Shown here in pieces: positions 1 to 9,905 of a stretch of 64,000 bases of DNA. Made by a program: the position numbers and the translations under genes. The DNA is from a virus: positions 1 to 64,000 of IMG/VR virus record IMGVR_UViG_3300009788_000003; one strand, given 5' to 3'. The notes below the pieces were generated by a model. The model worked only from the letters and a program-made list of their open reading frames with translations. It was not told the origin of the DNA and made no database searches. The stretch's first letter is position 1, and each line of letters begins with the position of its first letter.

Positions 1-292
1 CAGGAATCATTTCAGCATACATTTCTTTAGCAGCTTCAACAGCGTCTTCATAAGTTACATAAATCGGCTTCTCAGGATTGTAGAATTTTCCACGCATATC
101 AGACCAAGAACCATCAGGGGCAGATAAAGTCATTTGCTTTTTGCCACATGATTTAACTTCAGTGAAACGGATAATAAGTTGAATGGTAGTGTACTCACCA
201 TCTCTACGCTTCGGGTCAAAATGCCCTTCCGAACAGTTCCAATATTCTGCTGTGTAACCTACATTGCCTTTCTTGTTTATGATGGTATTCAT
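1..292 (-). CDS. hypothetical early protein (partial, runs off left edge)
   Basis: ATG at 292, open frame MNTIINKKGNVGYTAEYW...EMYAEMIP to the edge; preceded by a sigma70 promoter. Confidence 0.7.
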   Translation of the reverse strand, partial: MNTIINKKGNVGYTAEYWNCSEGHFDPKRRDGEYTTIQLIIRFTEVKSCGKKQMTLSAPDGSWSDMRGKFYNPEKPIYVTYEDAVEAAKEMYAEMIP

Positions 293-325
293 TTCGTGTA
301 TCTCGTTGTTTGATTTCATACCTAT

Positions 326-353
326 ATTATAGCATGTTCCTTTTATTTGTCAA
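326..353 (-). promoter_or_regulatory. sigma70-type early promoter
   Basis: TTGACA-N16-TATAAT with TG extension. Confidence 0.8.
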
Positions 354-385
354 GGAATTTTAATGATTTAATTGCCTAATATACA

Positions 386-413
386 TTGACAAATATAACT
401 AGTGTGCTATACT
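386..413 (+). promoter_or_regulatory. sigma70-type early promoter (divergent)
   Basis: TTGACA-N16-TATACT with TG extension. Confidence 0.8.
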
Positions 414-446
414 TATAGTATGAAAACAAACAAAGAGACAAACAAC

Positions 447-593
447 ATGAACGAATTAAACACAGACAACAGCAACGAAAAAACAGTAACAGTAGTTCAC
501 GCTTTCTCTGGTAAGGAACTGGTGATAGTCAACAACACTGACACCATCAATTCTTACTTCTATCGCGGCTACATCGTTAAGGGGTCTAAATAA
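447..593 (+). CDS. hypothetical protein
   Basis: ORF downstream of promoter and A/C-rich leader; start re-assigned to ATG 447. Confidence 0.55.
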   Translation: MNELNTDNSNEKTVTVVHAFSGKELVIVNNTDTINSYFYRGYIVKGSK

Positions 594-594
594 T

Positions 595-771
595 ATGATT
601 CCTAAATCAACTCAATACGCTGTTACCGAAAACGGCAAATGTATTTTCAAGGGTTCCGCAAAAGCTTGCCGTAAACTTTGGAAGGCTAAGCGGAAAGAAC
701 ATTCTGACAAGCCCACCCATTACATTACTCTTTGGAACTCACCTAGCTCAAAAGTTGGTGACTACATATGA
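595..771 (+). CDS. hypothetical protein (58 aa, not in ORF track)
   Basis: MIPKSTQYAVTENGKCIFKG...; tightly coupled to both neighbours. Confidence 0.6.
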   Translation: MIPKSTQYAVTENGKCIFKGSAKACRKLWKAKRKEHSDKPTHYITLWNSPSSKVGDYI

Positions 772-1028
772 AACATCGGGCAAAGAGAATTACAACAGGT
801 GAATATTCCTACAGGGGATATGAACTTGCTGTTGATGCTACTGGTTGGATGATCAAAGTTGAAGGGGAGAATCATTACCCTTGGGATGCTGAATCCAAAA
901 AAGATGCAATGGGTTTTATTGATCAGATGATTGAAGATGATGAGACCAAAGCTACCCTTGCAAAATCTGAAAAACTTTCGGGTGAAGAACTTTATGAAGT
1001 AGACCCGTGGGCATGGTTGGATAGGTAG
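768..1028 (+). CDS. hypothetical protein
   Basis: ATGA overlap with the upstream ORF. Confidence 0.65.
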   Translation: MKHRAKRITTGEYSYRGYELAVDATGWMIKVEGENHYPWDAESKKDAMGFIDQMIEDDETKATLAKSEKLSGEELYEVDPWAWLDR

Positions 1029-1061
1029 TGGAATTTTAAATTCCATTAATTCCACAAGGCA

Positions 1062-1085
1062 TAAAAAAGCCCCATCAAGAAGGGC
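1062..1085 (-). terminator. intrinsic terminator
   Basis: GCCC...GGGC hairpin followed by a T-run on the minus strand. Confidence 0.55.
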
Positions 1086-1181
1086 AGTTCAAGACAGGGC
1101 TTGCACCCATTCTCAGGGGGATAGTTCTGAGAGGCATAGGCGGCATGATCATTATGTCATTGATTTTATCATTGTCAAATG

Positions 1182-1210
1182 AAAAACCCCCAACATTTCT
1201 GAAGGGGGTT
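1182..1210 (-). terminator. intrinsic terminator at end of late operon
   Basis: AACCCCC...GGGGGTT hairpin plus T-run on the minus strand. Confidence 0.6.
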
Positions 1211-1304
1211 CCCAATACACCACACAAAACAATCATCAAACACGAATATAGGCAATCAGCAAATCACCCAACTTTAAGTATAGTAGGTCTGGTTTTATTT
1301 GCAA

Positions 1305-1700
1305 CTACTTAGCAAGCAGTTGTTCGTTGATTTGATCGTACTGTGTATTCAGTTTTCGAATATCAGACTTCAACTTTTGGATATACTCTTGACTAGGATT
1401 AGTCTTCTGCTGTTCCCGAAATAATCTGTCTTCCAGAATATCCAATCTAATTTGAGTTTGAATCAAAGCATTGTTCAGATTATCCATCTGGCGAGAATCA
1501 TCAATAGCCTTGAATTGTCCTGCGACATCCATCGACATCGTATCGAATTCGGCATCTACTTCAATCGTGTGGGCATGACGTTCATCAATCTGAAATGCTG
1601 TCCCACCCAAAACAACAATTGCAGTTACAGTTGCAGCAATCATACCAATCACCTTTGATAGAAATGTGAAGTGTCCTTGGTCATCTTTTAACTTGACCAT
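1305..1700 (-). CDS. membrane-anchored coiled-coil protein
   Basis: N-terminal TM segment, C-terminal heptad repeats. Confidence 0.7.
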   Translation of the reverse strand: MVKLKDDQGHFTFLSKVIGMIAATVTAIVVLGGTAFQIDERHAHTIEVDAEFDTMSMDVAGQFKAIDDSRQMDNLNNALIQTQIRLDILEDRLFREQQKTNPSQEYIQKLKSDIRKLNTQYDQINEQLLAK

Positions 1701-1757
1701 TATTTATTCCTCTTTACTGGTTTCCGAAAAAACTTCTTTGGTTGCTGCGGTAATGTT

Positions 1758-2156
1758 TTACCCACTGTCTTCATCAATTGCTTCCCGCATTTTGTCAGCA
1801 TCATTTTTCAACTTATCTATTTGATTATTAAAAGTAATTATGCATTCCCGATAATAAGCAACAACCCCACGTTGATCAATTATATACCTGATAGTTTCCT
1901 TTGTGTTGATTGCCAAATTTTCATAATCATTTGGGGTCAGTGCCACCCACCAAATTCCTGCCATATCTTGAATCGCTTTCGGCTTGATTGGTCTCGGACT
2001 AATGGATGTAACTTTTTGGGCATCAGGGCAAACCACAGGAACATAGACAGGAACATTTTTTACCACAATCTTTTCCTTGGTGAATACTCCGCACCCAGAA
2101 AGTGATACTAAGATCAAAATGCAAATAGACCCTAAATAGACCCTACTTAGTCGCAT
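1758..2156 (-). CDS. o-spanin (Rz1-like lipoprotein)
   Basis: signal peptide with lipobox LSGC, Pro-rich segment, overlaps the i-spanin gene. Confidence 0.75.
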   Translation of the reverse strand: MRLSRVYLGSICILILVSLSGCGVFTKEKIVVKNVPVYVPVVCPDAQKVTSISPRPIKPKAIQDMAGIWWVALTPNDYENLAINTKETIRYIIDQRGVVAYYRECIITFNNQIDKLKNDADKMREAIDEDSG

Positions 2157-2538
2157 CTTCTAACTCCTTTAAAACTTTTGCGGTAGCTTTAATCATTCGA
2201 ACTTCAATCAGAGTAGGATTCTTTTCAAGCAACTGCCTGAACCTGTCACCCATGAAAAGGTCTCTTACATAATCTACCTGCCTTTTGGATTCTTCCCGTT
2301 CAGCCCCGATCTTAATTATCTGTTGCTGGAATTTTGCAACCTGATCAGCCTGAAATTTATTTGAGATTTCAGCAGTGGCAAGATTCCCTTCTACTACTTC
2401 CAGTTCTGTAGTCAAAACTTGAATCTGAGAATCCTTAGCAGCAATGATTAATTGTTTTGCCTGAACCTGAATATACAGCCACCCGCACAAAACTCCCAAA
2501 GCAGCCATTCCAATTAATCCAAGTTTCAATCCCATCAC
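2143..2538 (-). CDS. i-spanin (Rz-like)
   Basis: N-terminal TM plus long coiled coil, located in the lysis cassette. Confidence 0.75.
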   Translation of the reverse strand: MMGLKLGLIGMAALGVLCGWLYIQVQAKQLIIAAKDSQIQVLTTELEVVEGNLATAEISNKFQADQVAKFQQQIIKIGAEREESKRQVDYVRDLFMGDRFRQLLEKNPTLIEVRMIKATAKVLKELEDATK

Positions 2539-2861
2539 TCAGCCTCTTTTTTCCAGACCCTACCCGATTCCAAATAAGAAGTTGTCATTCCTTTTGCGAG
2601 TCCCGCAATAGCAGGAATTGTCAAACCACCAAAGGCAGTATAAGCAGCTAATTTCCAATCTGAAATTTCGGGCATCTCAATCAGCTTGAAATAAAATTCA
2701 GTGAAGTCAATTGTGTACCACAGGGTAAAAGAATAAGTTGCAAGCAAAAGTAATCTTGGGATGAGCCTGAACGCATCCATTACTTCCGCAACTTTTAACC
2801 ACTTATCCAAACACCCACCACGCCGCAACGAATCCAACCAGTAAACCCAACGCAAGTGCAT
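2535..2861 (-). CDS. holin-like membrane protein (true start probably TTG ~2810)
   Basis: two TM segments, charged C-terminus, between endolysin and spanins. Confidence 0.55.
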   Translation of the reverse strand: MHLRWVYWLDSLRRGGCLDKWLKVAEVMDAFRLIPRLLLLATYSFTLWYTIDFTEFYFKLIEMPEISDWKLAAYTAFGGLTIPAIAGLAKGMTTSYLESGRVWKKEAE

Positions 2862-2931
2862 AGCGTTTTTTCGGTATCATTTGATCACCCGATTCCAACA
2901 GAAAGTTCCAAATGATTTTTAACATTTCCAT
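2803..2931 (-). CDS. small membrane protein
   Basis: 42-aa ORF with C-terminal TM segment. Confidence 0.45.
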   Translation of the reverse strand: MEMLKIIWNFLLESGDQMIPKKRYALALGLLVGFVAAWWVFG

Positions 2932-2941
2932 CTTACTTTTC

Positions 2942-3247
2942 CTACGGTTGTGTTGACCAAGAAACTTGAAGTGAACCTGCCCCACCGATAGGCAATAACC
3001 GAACACCAGTGACTTTCGCACCGGGAGAAAAAAACTGCGGGGTTGTTATTACAGCAGCAGCAACCACAGCCCATTTCGCACCATCCCCTTGTCCTTGCCG
3101 GGTTAGTTCAGGGTCATCACACATAACTTCCAAGTTAGCTGCACCCGCAGCAATATCAAAACATATTGCACACGGCCCATCAGGGAACACTATGTTTTCT
3201 AAATTCCCACCAAGACCATCAGGGATTTCTACAGATTTTCTTGACAT
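2942..3247 (-). CDS. hypothetical protein
   Basis: GGAGG SD, co-oriented in the late operon. Confidence 0.65.
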   Translation of the reverse strand: MSRKSVEIPDGLGGNLENIVFPDGPCAICFDIAAGAANLEVMCDDPELTRQGQGDGAKWAVVAAAVITTPQFFSPGAKVTGVRLLPIGGAGSLQVSWSTQP

Positions 3248-3259
3248 AATAAATACCTC

Positions 3260-3772
3260 CTACGGTATTGTAAAAGCTTGTCCACGATTACCAGATTTGG
3301 AAGCCCACGAAGCATGAACCCACCCAGAATCAGGAACACCCTTTTTGGGAAACTCCCTGATTAGCTGATCAAATTCAAACTCTTTTTTAATCAGATTGAA
3401 CAATTCATTATTTGACATACTGGAAACTTCAATATCGATAGCCGAACCTTTGGGATGTGATTTTCTTTTAAAGTATTCATCCCACGTTTCAGCTTTAATT
3501 TGATACCCCTTTTTTGCACACCAAGCAGCAAAAGATTTTTGAGTTAAAACTTTTTCCAGTGCTTCACATCTGAACCAAGATTGGGGCATCATCGGGCCAA
3601 CTTCATCACGCAGGGGTTGAAGTAAATTAGTCACCAGAGCTTGAACATTTTTAATAATAACGGGGTCATCAGTTACATTATCAATTCCAATTCTATCAGC
3701 AGTCGATGATTTCCAAACTTCATACCATCTAAAATTTGGGCATTTTTTTACAATCAAATTAGTGTCTTTCAT
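3260..3772 (-). CDS. endolysin, peptidase M15-type (Zn L-Ala-D-Glu/D-Ala-D-Ala peptidase fold)
   Basis: FRC...SHPKGSAIDI...WVHAS motifs. Confidence 0.85.
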   Translation of the reverse strand: MKDTNLIVKKCPNFRWYEVWKSSTADRIGIDNVTDDPVIIKNVQALVTNLLQPLRDEVGPMMPQSWFRCEALEKVLTQKSFAAWCAKKGYQIKAETWDEYFKRKSHPKGSAIDIEVSSMSNNELFNLIKKEFEFDQLIREFPKKGVPDSGWVHASWASKSGNRGQAFTIP

Positions 3773-3788
3773 TTCTCATCTCATCTCG

Positions 3789-4052
3789 TTAAGGTTTATC
3801 CGCTTTCAAATCTAGCTTGTTAGAAATAACATCAAGCTTTTTAAACAATGCACCTGCCATAGTATCTAGCTGTTCTTTGGTTACATAGTTTGTAGGCAAG
3901 GCAATTCGAATGCCCGTAATTTCTTTGGTCAACACTGCATCCTGTTCGCGCAAAGCGTCAAGACTGCTAAATAATCTATTCACAATAAATCCTAACCCAA
4001 AACTAATTAAGGCAATCGCACCATTAAATAAACTTTGAAAAGTAATATCCAT
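3789..4052 (-). CDS. holin-like single-TM protein
   Basis: TM plus coiled coil immediately upstream of the endolysin. Confidence 0.55.
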   Translation of the reverse strand: MDITFQSLFNGAIALISFGLGFIVNRLFSSLDALREQDAVLTKEITGIRIALPTNYVTKEQLDTMAGALFKKLDVISNKLDLKADKP

Positions 4053-4489
4053 TAAGAATCTGCATCACCAGAATCAATTTCATCCTTGTAAGCTTGAACG
4101 GCATCGGCACGGGGTCTGGTGTCAGTCGGCATGAAAGTAGCAGGTATCACAGCCCTTAAATTGGCTATCCCCCCTGTACTGGCTTTCATATCATCCATTG
4201 CAGTTTGTAATTCCATGATTCGGTTCACTAAATAATTATCACGCTTATTCAATGTCTCGATGATTGCTCTAGCCGACATCCCCGCATGGTCTCGCGTTTG
4301 GTCTGCTGCGTTTTTTGCTTTAGTCCTGAAATCTTCTGTGTTCTGCGTGTCTATTGCGGGTTGAGTAACAGCATCAATTGCCACTTGCGTAGGCTGTGCT
4401 CTACCATCTCGCCATTCAGTAATCGCACCTTCCGCAGTATCGCAATCAGGGAGAGGAACTAGTGCATTAAGTTTTTCCCAAAATGTCAT
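4052..4489 (-). CDS. tail fibre-associated protein
   Basis: follows fibre gene with TAATG coupling; start re-assigned to MTFWEK. Confidence 0.6.
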   Translation of the reverse strand: MTFWEKLNALVPLPDCDTAEGAITEWRDGRAQPTQVAIDAVTQPAIDTQNTEDFRTKAKNAADQTRDHAGMSARAIIETLNKRDNYLVNRIMELQTAMDDMKASTGGIANLRAVIPATFMPTDTRPRADAVQAYKDEIDSGDADS

Positions 4490-6503
4490 TATGCCACCTT
4501 CAGTAAAATCATTGAGCGTTGTAACATAGTTAAGGTTCCACCAGTAGTACGCCACCGAATATCAATATCTTGTGCCGCCAAAACTCCTGTTACATAAGCC
4601 TGAGTCGCACACGTTAATTCAGTGTCAGGAGTCGAACTTTCCATCTCATTCTTTCTTTCACTGTCTGCCACTTGAATTCCATTCACATAAACAGAAACAA
4701 ACATATCTTCTGCATCAGAGTTTTCCCATGATGAATTAAACATCACAACATAATCACCGGGGCCGGGAGTCAATACCAAACCTGCAACTACCACATCGGA
4801 TGAACTGGTAGTTGTGGTGGTAGCAGTAGCAGATGCTTTAGATGTCGGAACACCACCTTGAATCGTAATATCAGCAACACCACCCCCTGCATCACTGGCG
4901 ACAACTGCTGCACCTACGAAATTAAGCGCATCGTGTGGGGTATTAGGAATCGGCGTACCTTCATCCTGAACATTGAGTGTAGTACCTGAACCGGGTACAC
5001 CCTGAATACCTTGTGCGCCAGTAGCACCATTGCCACCGATAGAAAAGAATGACAGTCTCACACCGTTGGCATGAGTATTACAATCCTCCGTTTCATTTAC
5101 CCGCTGAGCACGAATCCGAATGACATCGGTATTAACCAAACTAGCAATGATTAGCGCATGAGTTGACCCTTCTTCATTTGGGTCATCATGATAAATTCTA
5201 CCCCGTGTTCCTGCTATCTCGACAGAATTTAATTCTAACCACGCTTCAATTGTAGCGGGGGGCGCAGAATCTTCATCTAAGGTCACATCATACTGAACCG
5301 CATAATCACCATCCGTATTAATCGTAACTTCATCACCAGATCGAGTAAACGCTGCGGTTTCTTGGCGATTTATATTTAGTCCTACTGTTACCGCAACCCC
5401 TGTAATTAGCGTTTGAGCATTAGCATAATAGTTAGCGTATTCTGCGGGGGAACCACCACCCCCACCGGGAATCGTTACCAGAATTTCATCGGCAACAGGT
5501 TCCGTTGCGGTTACTCCCGTCCCTGCGAAATTGATTTTTTTGGCAGCAAGAGTCAGAGATACAGCTTCATCTTGCACTTCCAAAGGAAAATTTGTACCTG
5601 TCGGACGTTCAAACCATGCTGCACCGTCCCAAATCCAGTGGCTACCGTCATCAGTCTGAATTGCTTCATCACCTTCCTGTACAGTCAGGGCAATCCTTGC
5701 AGCAGCATCAGCAACAACATGAACTTCAGGTAAAGCAGTAGCAGGAATTTGAGCAACGGGAACCTTACCCCCACCATCCAATCCCGCATAACCGTTAGCA
5801 CTGCCTTTCTCAGATACAGCTTGCCCACCAAGATTACTGATAGCAGTGGAAGCAGTTGAAGCGTTTGTACCACATTTGCAATAGGCAATATTCCAGTTAC
5901 ATGAGTAACCAGATTAATCAATGCGCGGGTAATTACTTGTCCTGCGAGAGTGATGTAATTGGGCGTACCTGCCAAAGTAACAGGGTCATGACTAGCCCCC
6001 CCACCCGAATGACTTGCCAAGAAAGCAACAACTTCATTATTAGTCATTGCTGCACCCTGAGATTCAACAGAGCTAAGCGGGAAGGTAAACACACCACTTG
6101 CAAGACTAGGAGTACCACCAATCTCAGCCGCTATGAATTGAGTAGCATCATCCTGAGCTTGAATATAAATCAAATCCCCTACAACGAGAAGAGATAGGAA
6201 GGCACTCAAATCCGTGCCACCATCATTCAAAACATTGACATAAAGTTCTGTGGCATCATCTACCGTAGTGTCATCAAAATTTAATCGTCCTGCTGTTGGT
6301 GTACTGGTTATCTCAGTTCGATATCGCCACAAACCAAATCCATGAAAACCACCCCCACTTCCACCCCCAAGAGTCAAATCGATTACTGCACCCGCATCAT
6401 CAATCTGCTTCAGATGTTTATCAACGGAATCAACAAAGATTTCAGCAAACCCTGTAGGTGGGGTTGCGGGAGTTGCCTGTTCATCTAGTCTTATCTTACC
6501 CAT
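4489..6503 (-). CDS. tail fibre protein (~671 aa) interrupted by a 1-nt frameshift near 5872
   Basis: ORFs 5685-6503 and 4489-5781 join as ...LPIAN(G)GTNAST...GYAGLDGGGKVP; short collagen-like GXX run and BclA/C1q-like beta domains. Confidence 0.75.
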
Positions 6504-6865
6504 CAGATAGCATCTCCAAGAAGTATCAAAGTCCCTTCAATAATTAAACAGCCAGTACCCGCAATACTTATTAATCCATGTACAATTGACTGTCTACGGG
6601 CGGCAATCGTAAATGCTTCACCATCAAGAATCTCATCAACACCCGATTGAATATCCTCAGTAGAAAGTGTGGCACTTGTCTTTACATTCCACTCAGCATC
6701 CAAAGCACCGAACTTTTGGTACAACTCCCCGTTAGATCGAATAAATAAAGTCCCAACAGGGGCAGCAACCCCCGAACCCGCAGAAGGGTCTACGGAGCCG
6801 GGGATAATACCGACAAGTTCCCCTAAGAGAATCTCATCAATTTCAAATGCTTTGTCAAGTGCCAT
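6503..6865 (-). CDS. virion structural/fibre-associated protein
   Basis: GSVDPSAG..APVGTLFIR..LYQK fibre-type motif. Confidence 0.7.
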   Translation of the reverse strand: MALDKAFEIDEILLGELVGIIPGSVDPSAGSGVAAPVGTLFIRSNGELYQKFGALDAEWNVKTSATLSTEDIQSGVDEILDGEAFTIAARRQSIVHGLISIAGTGCLIIEGTLILLGDAI

Positions 6866-6871
6866 GAGCTA

Positions 6872-8065
6872 TTACGCTGTCAATATAACTTCACGTACCG
6901 CACGGACATCAACCGCAGTTGTGGAAGTAATGGTTAGCCGCATTACCTGAGCGACACCTGCACCGGAAATATCCACTGTGAACACCAAACCTGTGATGAC
7001 TCCCATCTTCAACTTGGCATAAACTGTGAAATCCGTATCAGTTGCATCCGCACCCGCACCATTGATATGTCCATCATGGGTTCCCAGAATTTCAACTACA
7101 CGTTTCTCATCAGCATCAGCCAGAAGATTACCTTCACAATGAACTGTCCATTTACAGGTTGATACATCATCCACTAGAACCGAATCAAGAACCTGAACGG
7201 TTGTGACATTGGTTAAGCTGGATGCAGTTCGACCTAACAGAATATCCAGTTCAGCCTGATCAAGATCATTTTGAGTAGTACCTAACTGAGCATCAAGAGC
7301 ACCAATCGCAGTTTCTAAACTGGTTGCATCCGTGACGAAATTATTGGAAGAGTAGGTTGGGGTTTCAGAACCCGCAGCAGACTTACCAATGAAGGTACGA
7401 ATGAAACCAAGTTCAGCTTCAGTAGCAGCAGAAGCAATTTGGGCAAATGCAATCTGAGTTGTGTCAACTACAATCGGGTCATTGGTAGTAATCGCCCAAT
7501 AGGTATCTTCATTAACCGTACCTTCTTCAACACCGACTGCCAACGAAGCAGTAACTTCAGCGTCTTCATCCGCATCAGTGGTACGAGTCAATTCGAATTC
7601 GACACCCGCAGTACCTTCCACGGTTACTTCATACAAACCATGATCAGCATCACCGGGCGCACCCGCTTCATCCTTGACTAAAATACGATCACCAAGAACG
7701 GTTGCAATTCCATCAACGGTTAGAATACCAACCGCATCAGCACTCAGGGTTGCACCTACTCCCGCACCTGCTTGGGTATAGGCAGGAAGGGCAGCAGCAG
7801 TTGCTAACCGTACAGAATCTTTCCAGTCAACACCCAGACCCGAAGAAGTAACAAATTCTTGGGTAGCAAGTTGCTCCCATTTGTCAAATCCCGTACCTGC
7901 TGTATCTTTAGTGAAAACATTACCCGTTGCCGTATCACGGTAATGGGAACCTACACTTGCGTCATCCGTGTCAGTTGTAGCACCGGGAGCACCAGAACCA
8001 ACAAGGATGACAGGGCCAGCATCAATCTGTAGCCCTTTTTCAATATCGAAAAATTGTTTAGACAT
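6872..8065 (-). CDS. virion fibre/structural protein
   Basis: DWKDSVRLAT and GDRILVKD motifs typical of head/tail fibre proteins. Confidence 0.75.
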   Translation of the reverse strand: MSKQFFDIEKGLQIDAGPVILVGSGAPGATTDTDDASVGSHYRDTATGNVFTKDTAGTGFDKWEQLATQEFVTSSGLGVDWKDSVRLATAAALPAYTQAGAGVGATLSADAVGILTVDGIATVLGDRILVKDEAGAPGDADHGLYEVTVEGTAGVEFELTRTTDADEDAEVTASLAVGVEEGTVNEDTYWAITTNDPIVVDTTQIAFAQIASAATEAELGFIRTFIGKSAAGSETPTYSSNNFVTDATSLETAIGALDAQLGTTQNDLDQAELDILLGRTASSLTNVTTVQVLDSVLVDDVSTCKWTVHCEGNLLADADEKRVVEILGTHDGHINGAGADATDTDFTVYAKLKMGVITGLVFTVDISGAGVAQVMRLTITSTTAVDVRAVREVILTA

Positions 8066-8100
8066 CGTAATGCTCCAAAGTATTTAAAGGTCTCATCTCG

Positions 8101-8646
8101 TCACACCGTTGTAACAATTCGCATCACACTGATGTCTATTGAATTGGTACTGTTGTTCGTTATTTCTAATCTTAAAAATCCTGAAACTATTGTTACATCC
8201 GTAAAGACAGAAATCGTGTCACCAACTTTTCCGTAGACAGAATATAAAGGGGTTGTCCCGTTATGCACTGCTATTACTTCATAAAATCTGTACTCCCCTG
8301 CTGTTGAATCCTTGATTGTCACCAACCATTTTGCAGAACGGTATGTAGCTATGGCAACCGAATCTGCCACCTGTGTAGCTCCATTTGCAACAGGGCCAGT
8401 ATCTACCTGAACAATTCCAAATCCATCTAAACCATTCTGTCCCGCAGGGCCAACTTTGCATTCTGCAATAATTGGTATCGGGGTTCTATCATCAACCACC
8501 TGAACGGTTGGTTCTTCCCTGACAATAACAGTCGGCCCTATTGCAACAACTACTTGATGTACATCATCACTCTTGACAATTGTGGTGACTTCTTCAACCT
8601 GAATAATTTCAGTCAGGTCTTCTTGAATAATACAAAGGCTAGACAT
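8101..8646 (-). CDS. virion structural protein
   Basis: YRSAKWLV..EVIAVHNG beta domain resembling the C-terminus of the downstream protein. Confidence 0.65.
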   Translation of the reverse strand: MSSLCIIQEDLTEIIQVEEVTTIVKSDDVHQVVVAIGPTVIVREEPTVQVVDDRTPIPIIAECKVGPAGQNGLDGFGIVQVDTGPVANGATQVADSVAIATYRSAKWLVTIKDSTAGEYRFYEVIAVHNGTTPLYSVYGKVGDTISVFTDVTIVSGFLRLEITNNSTNSIDISVMRIVTTV

Positions 8647-9020
8647 TACCGTGTTACTTCCAGATCAACCGTTACTTTCCCCTCCAATAATCTGATCACA
8701 TTATCTGGGTCTGCATCCTCCACAATCTCAAAATCGTAAACACCGGACAACCAATCAAGGGTTCCCGATTCTGTATCGGTAGCCCCAACTAACCAATCAA
8801 TCTGACCAATCACAGCACCCGCTTCAAAAATAATTCTGCTATTGGCTGTAGTAAGTTCAAGAAGAATAGTATTGTCTGCTGTGGTTTCTCTGATTTGCAT
8901 CCGACCAGAAAAACCAGTCAGGGGAACAGCAACACCATCTTCATCATTATATTGGAATCGTTTGCTAAGCTTAGCTCCCTGTTCAATTTTGAAATCAAAT
9001 GTTGCTGCTGTCATAATCAA
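8646..9020 (-). CDS. virion structural protein (BppU/LtfC-like beta sandwich)
   Basis: IEQGA...LTGFSGRMQIR...GVYDFEI...RLLEG pattern. Confidence 0.7.
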   Translation of the reverse strand: MIMTAATFDFKIEQGAKLSKRFQYNDEDGVAVPLTGFSGRMQIRETTADNTILLELTTANSRIIFEAGAVIGQIDWLVGATDTESGTLDWLSGVYDFEIVEDADPDNVIRLLEGKVTVDLEVTR

Positions 9021-9025
9021 TACCC

Positions 9026-9250
9026 TTAAGAGTTGTTGTACCTACGCACCATGTTTCTTAACTGTAGAAGTTGGTTGTCATGAGAGCAGCAGCAAGAATT
9101 AGTATATTGAAGAGACCAATCATCAATAGATTTTTCACTTGGATTTTTAAACTTAAATTTTGAACCATCATAGGCTACAAATTCGCATCCACTCATTTTC
9201 ATGTAAGCAGCCAAAGCTATATCCTTGATTTCTAAAACTAAAGTTCTCAT
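9026..9250 (-). CDS. hypothetical protein (DUF5659-like)
   Basis: DIALAAYM..G motif; start re-assigned to MRTLV. Confidence 0.5.
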   Translation of the reverse strand: MRTLVLEIKDIALAAYMKMSGCEFVAYDGSKFKFKNPSEKSIDDWSLQYTNSCCCSHDNQLLQLRNMVRRYNNS

Positions 9251-9276
9251 CTCATACCACCAAAAGAGCAGGGACA

Positions 9277-9294
9277 AGTGTAAAACCTCCTAAC
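9277..9294 (-). promoter_or_regulatory. candidate late promoter GTTAGG-N6-TACACT
   Basis: one of 4 aligned copies upstream of structural genes. Confidence 0.6.
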
Positions 9295-9311
9295 GCTTTG
9301 CGCTATAGCAG

Positions 9312-9329
9312 ATTGATACTAAGATCAAA
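9312..9329 (+). promoter_or_regulatory. 18-bp dispersed box
   Basis: ATTGATACTAAGATCAAA; 13 copies in the window. Confidence 0.75.
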
Positions 9330-9905
9330 TCAATGAAGAATATCAACATGCCCCGACATCTCCTGAATAAAGGACAATCTTACTTCTTTAGCAATTTCAT
9401 CTTTCACTTCATCCGACATTTTAAACACAGGGGGCAAGTGCGTGTGTTCCCCTACTTCAGATACGTGTGTGTGGCTAGTCAGGGCATACCCTGTGTGTTC
9501 ATGGGCTAAATCTTGAAGCGGATGGGTATGCTCTGGCAGATCGTGGCTTACGGGGGCATACAGGGCTTCATGGGTATGCTCACGTATTAACTTCTGATTG
9601 TCAGTAATCGTCTGCATTCCCACCTTAATATCTGCCTGAATATTAAGCAGTTCATCAAACACAGCATCTTCTGTGGCTCCCTGTGCTATCTGTGGGGGTT
9701 CAATCAATCCCAACTCAATAGCAGCTTCCTTGAATGGTTGCGTGTCTGTTACCTGTCCCACAATAGCCGTACCAGAAACACCAAAGAACATTGCCCACAA
9801 AACCATAGCAAATTTCTTTGTGGCAAAAGCAATTTTGACCCATGAAATTATTCTTTCAAAAGGTGTAGGGTCTGGAATTTCAATGTGATCTTCTTTGTCC
9901 ATCAC
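9330..9905 (-). CDS. membrane protein with His-Thr-His repeats
   Basis: TM near N-terminus, repeated EHTH/SHTH. Confidence 0.7.
   Translation of the reverse strand: MMDKEDHIEIPDPTPFERIISWVKIAFATKKFAMVLWAMFFGVSGTAIVGQVTDTQPFKEAAIELGLIEPPQIAQGATEDAVFDELLNIQADIKVGMQTITDNQKLIREHTHEALYAPVSHDLPEHTHPLQDLAHEHTGYALTSHTHVSEVGEHTHLPPVFKMSDEVKDEIAKEVRLSFIQEMSGHVDILH

Noticed and set aside
3773-3788. TGAGA as the SD of a flavobacterial host with variant anti-SD
   Set aside because: Many genes use AGGAGG and the promoters are TTGACA/TATAAT type, not Bacteroidota type
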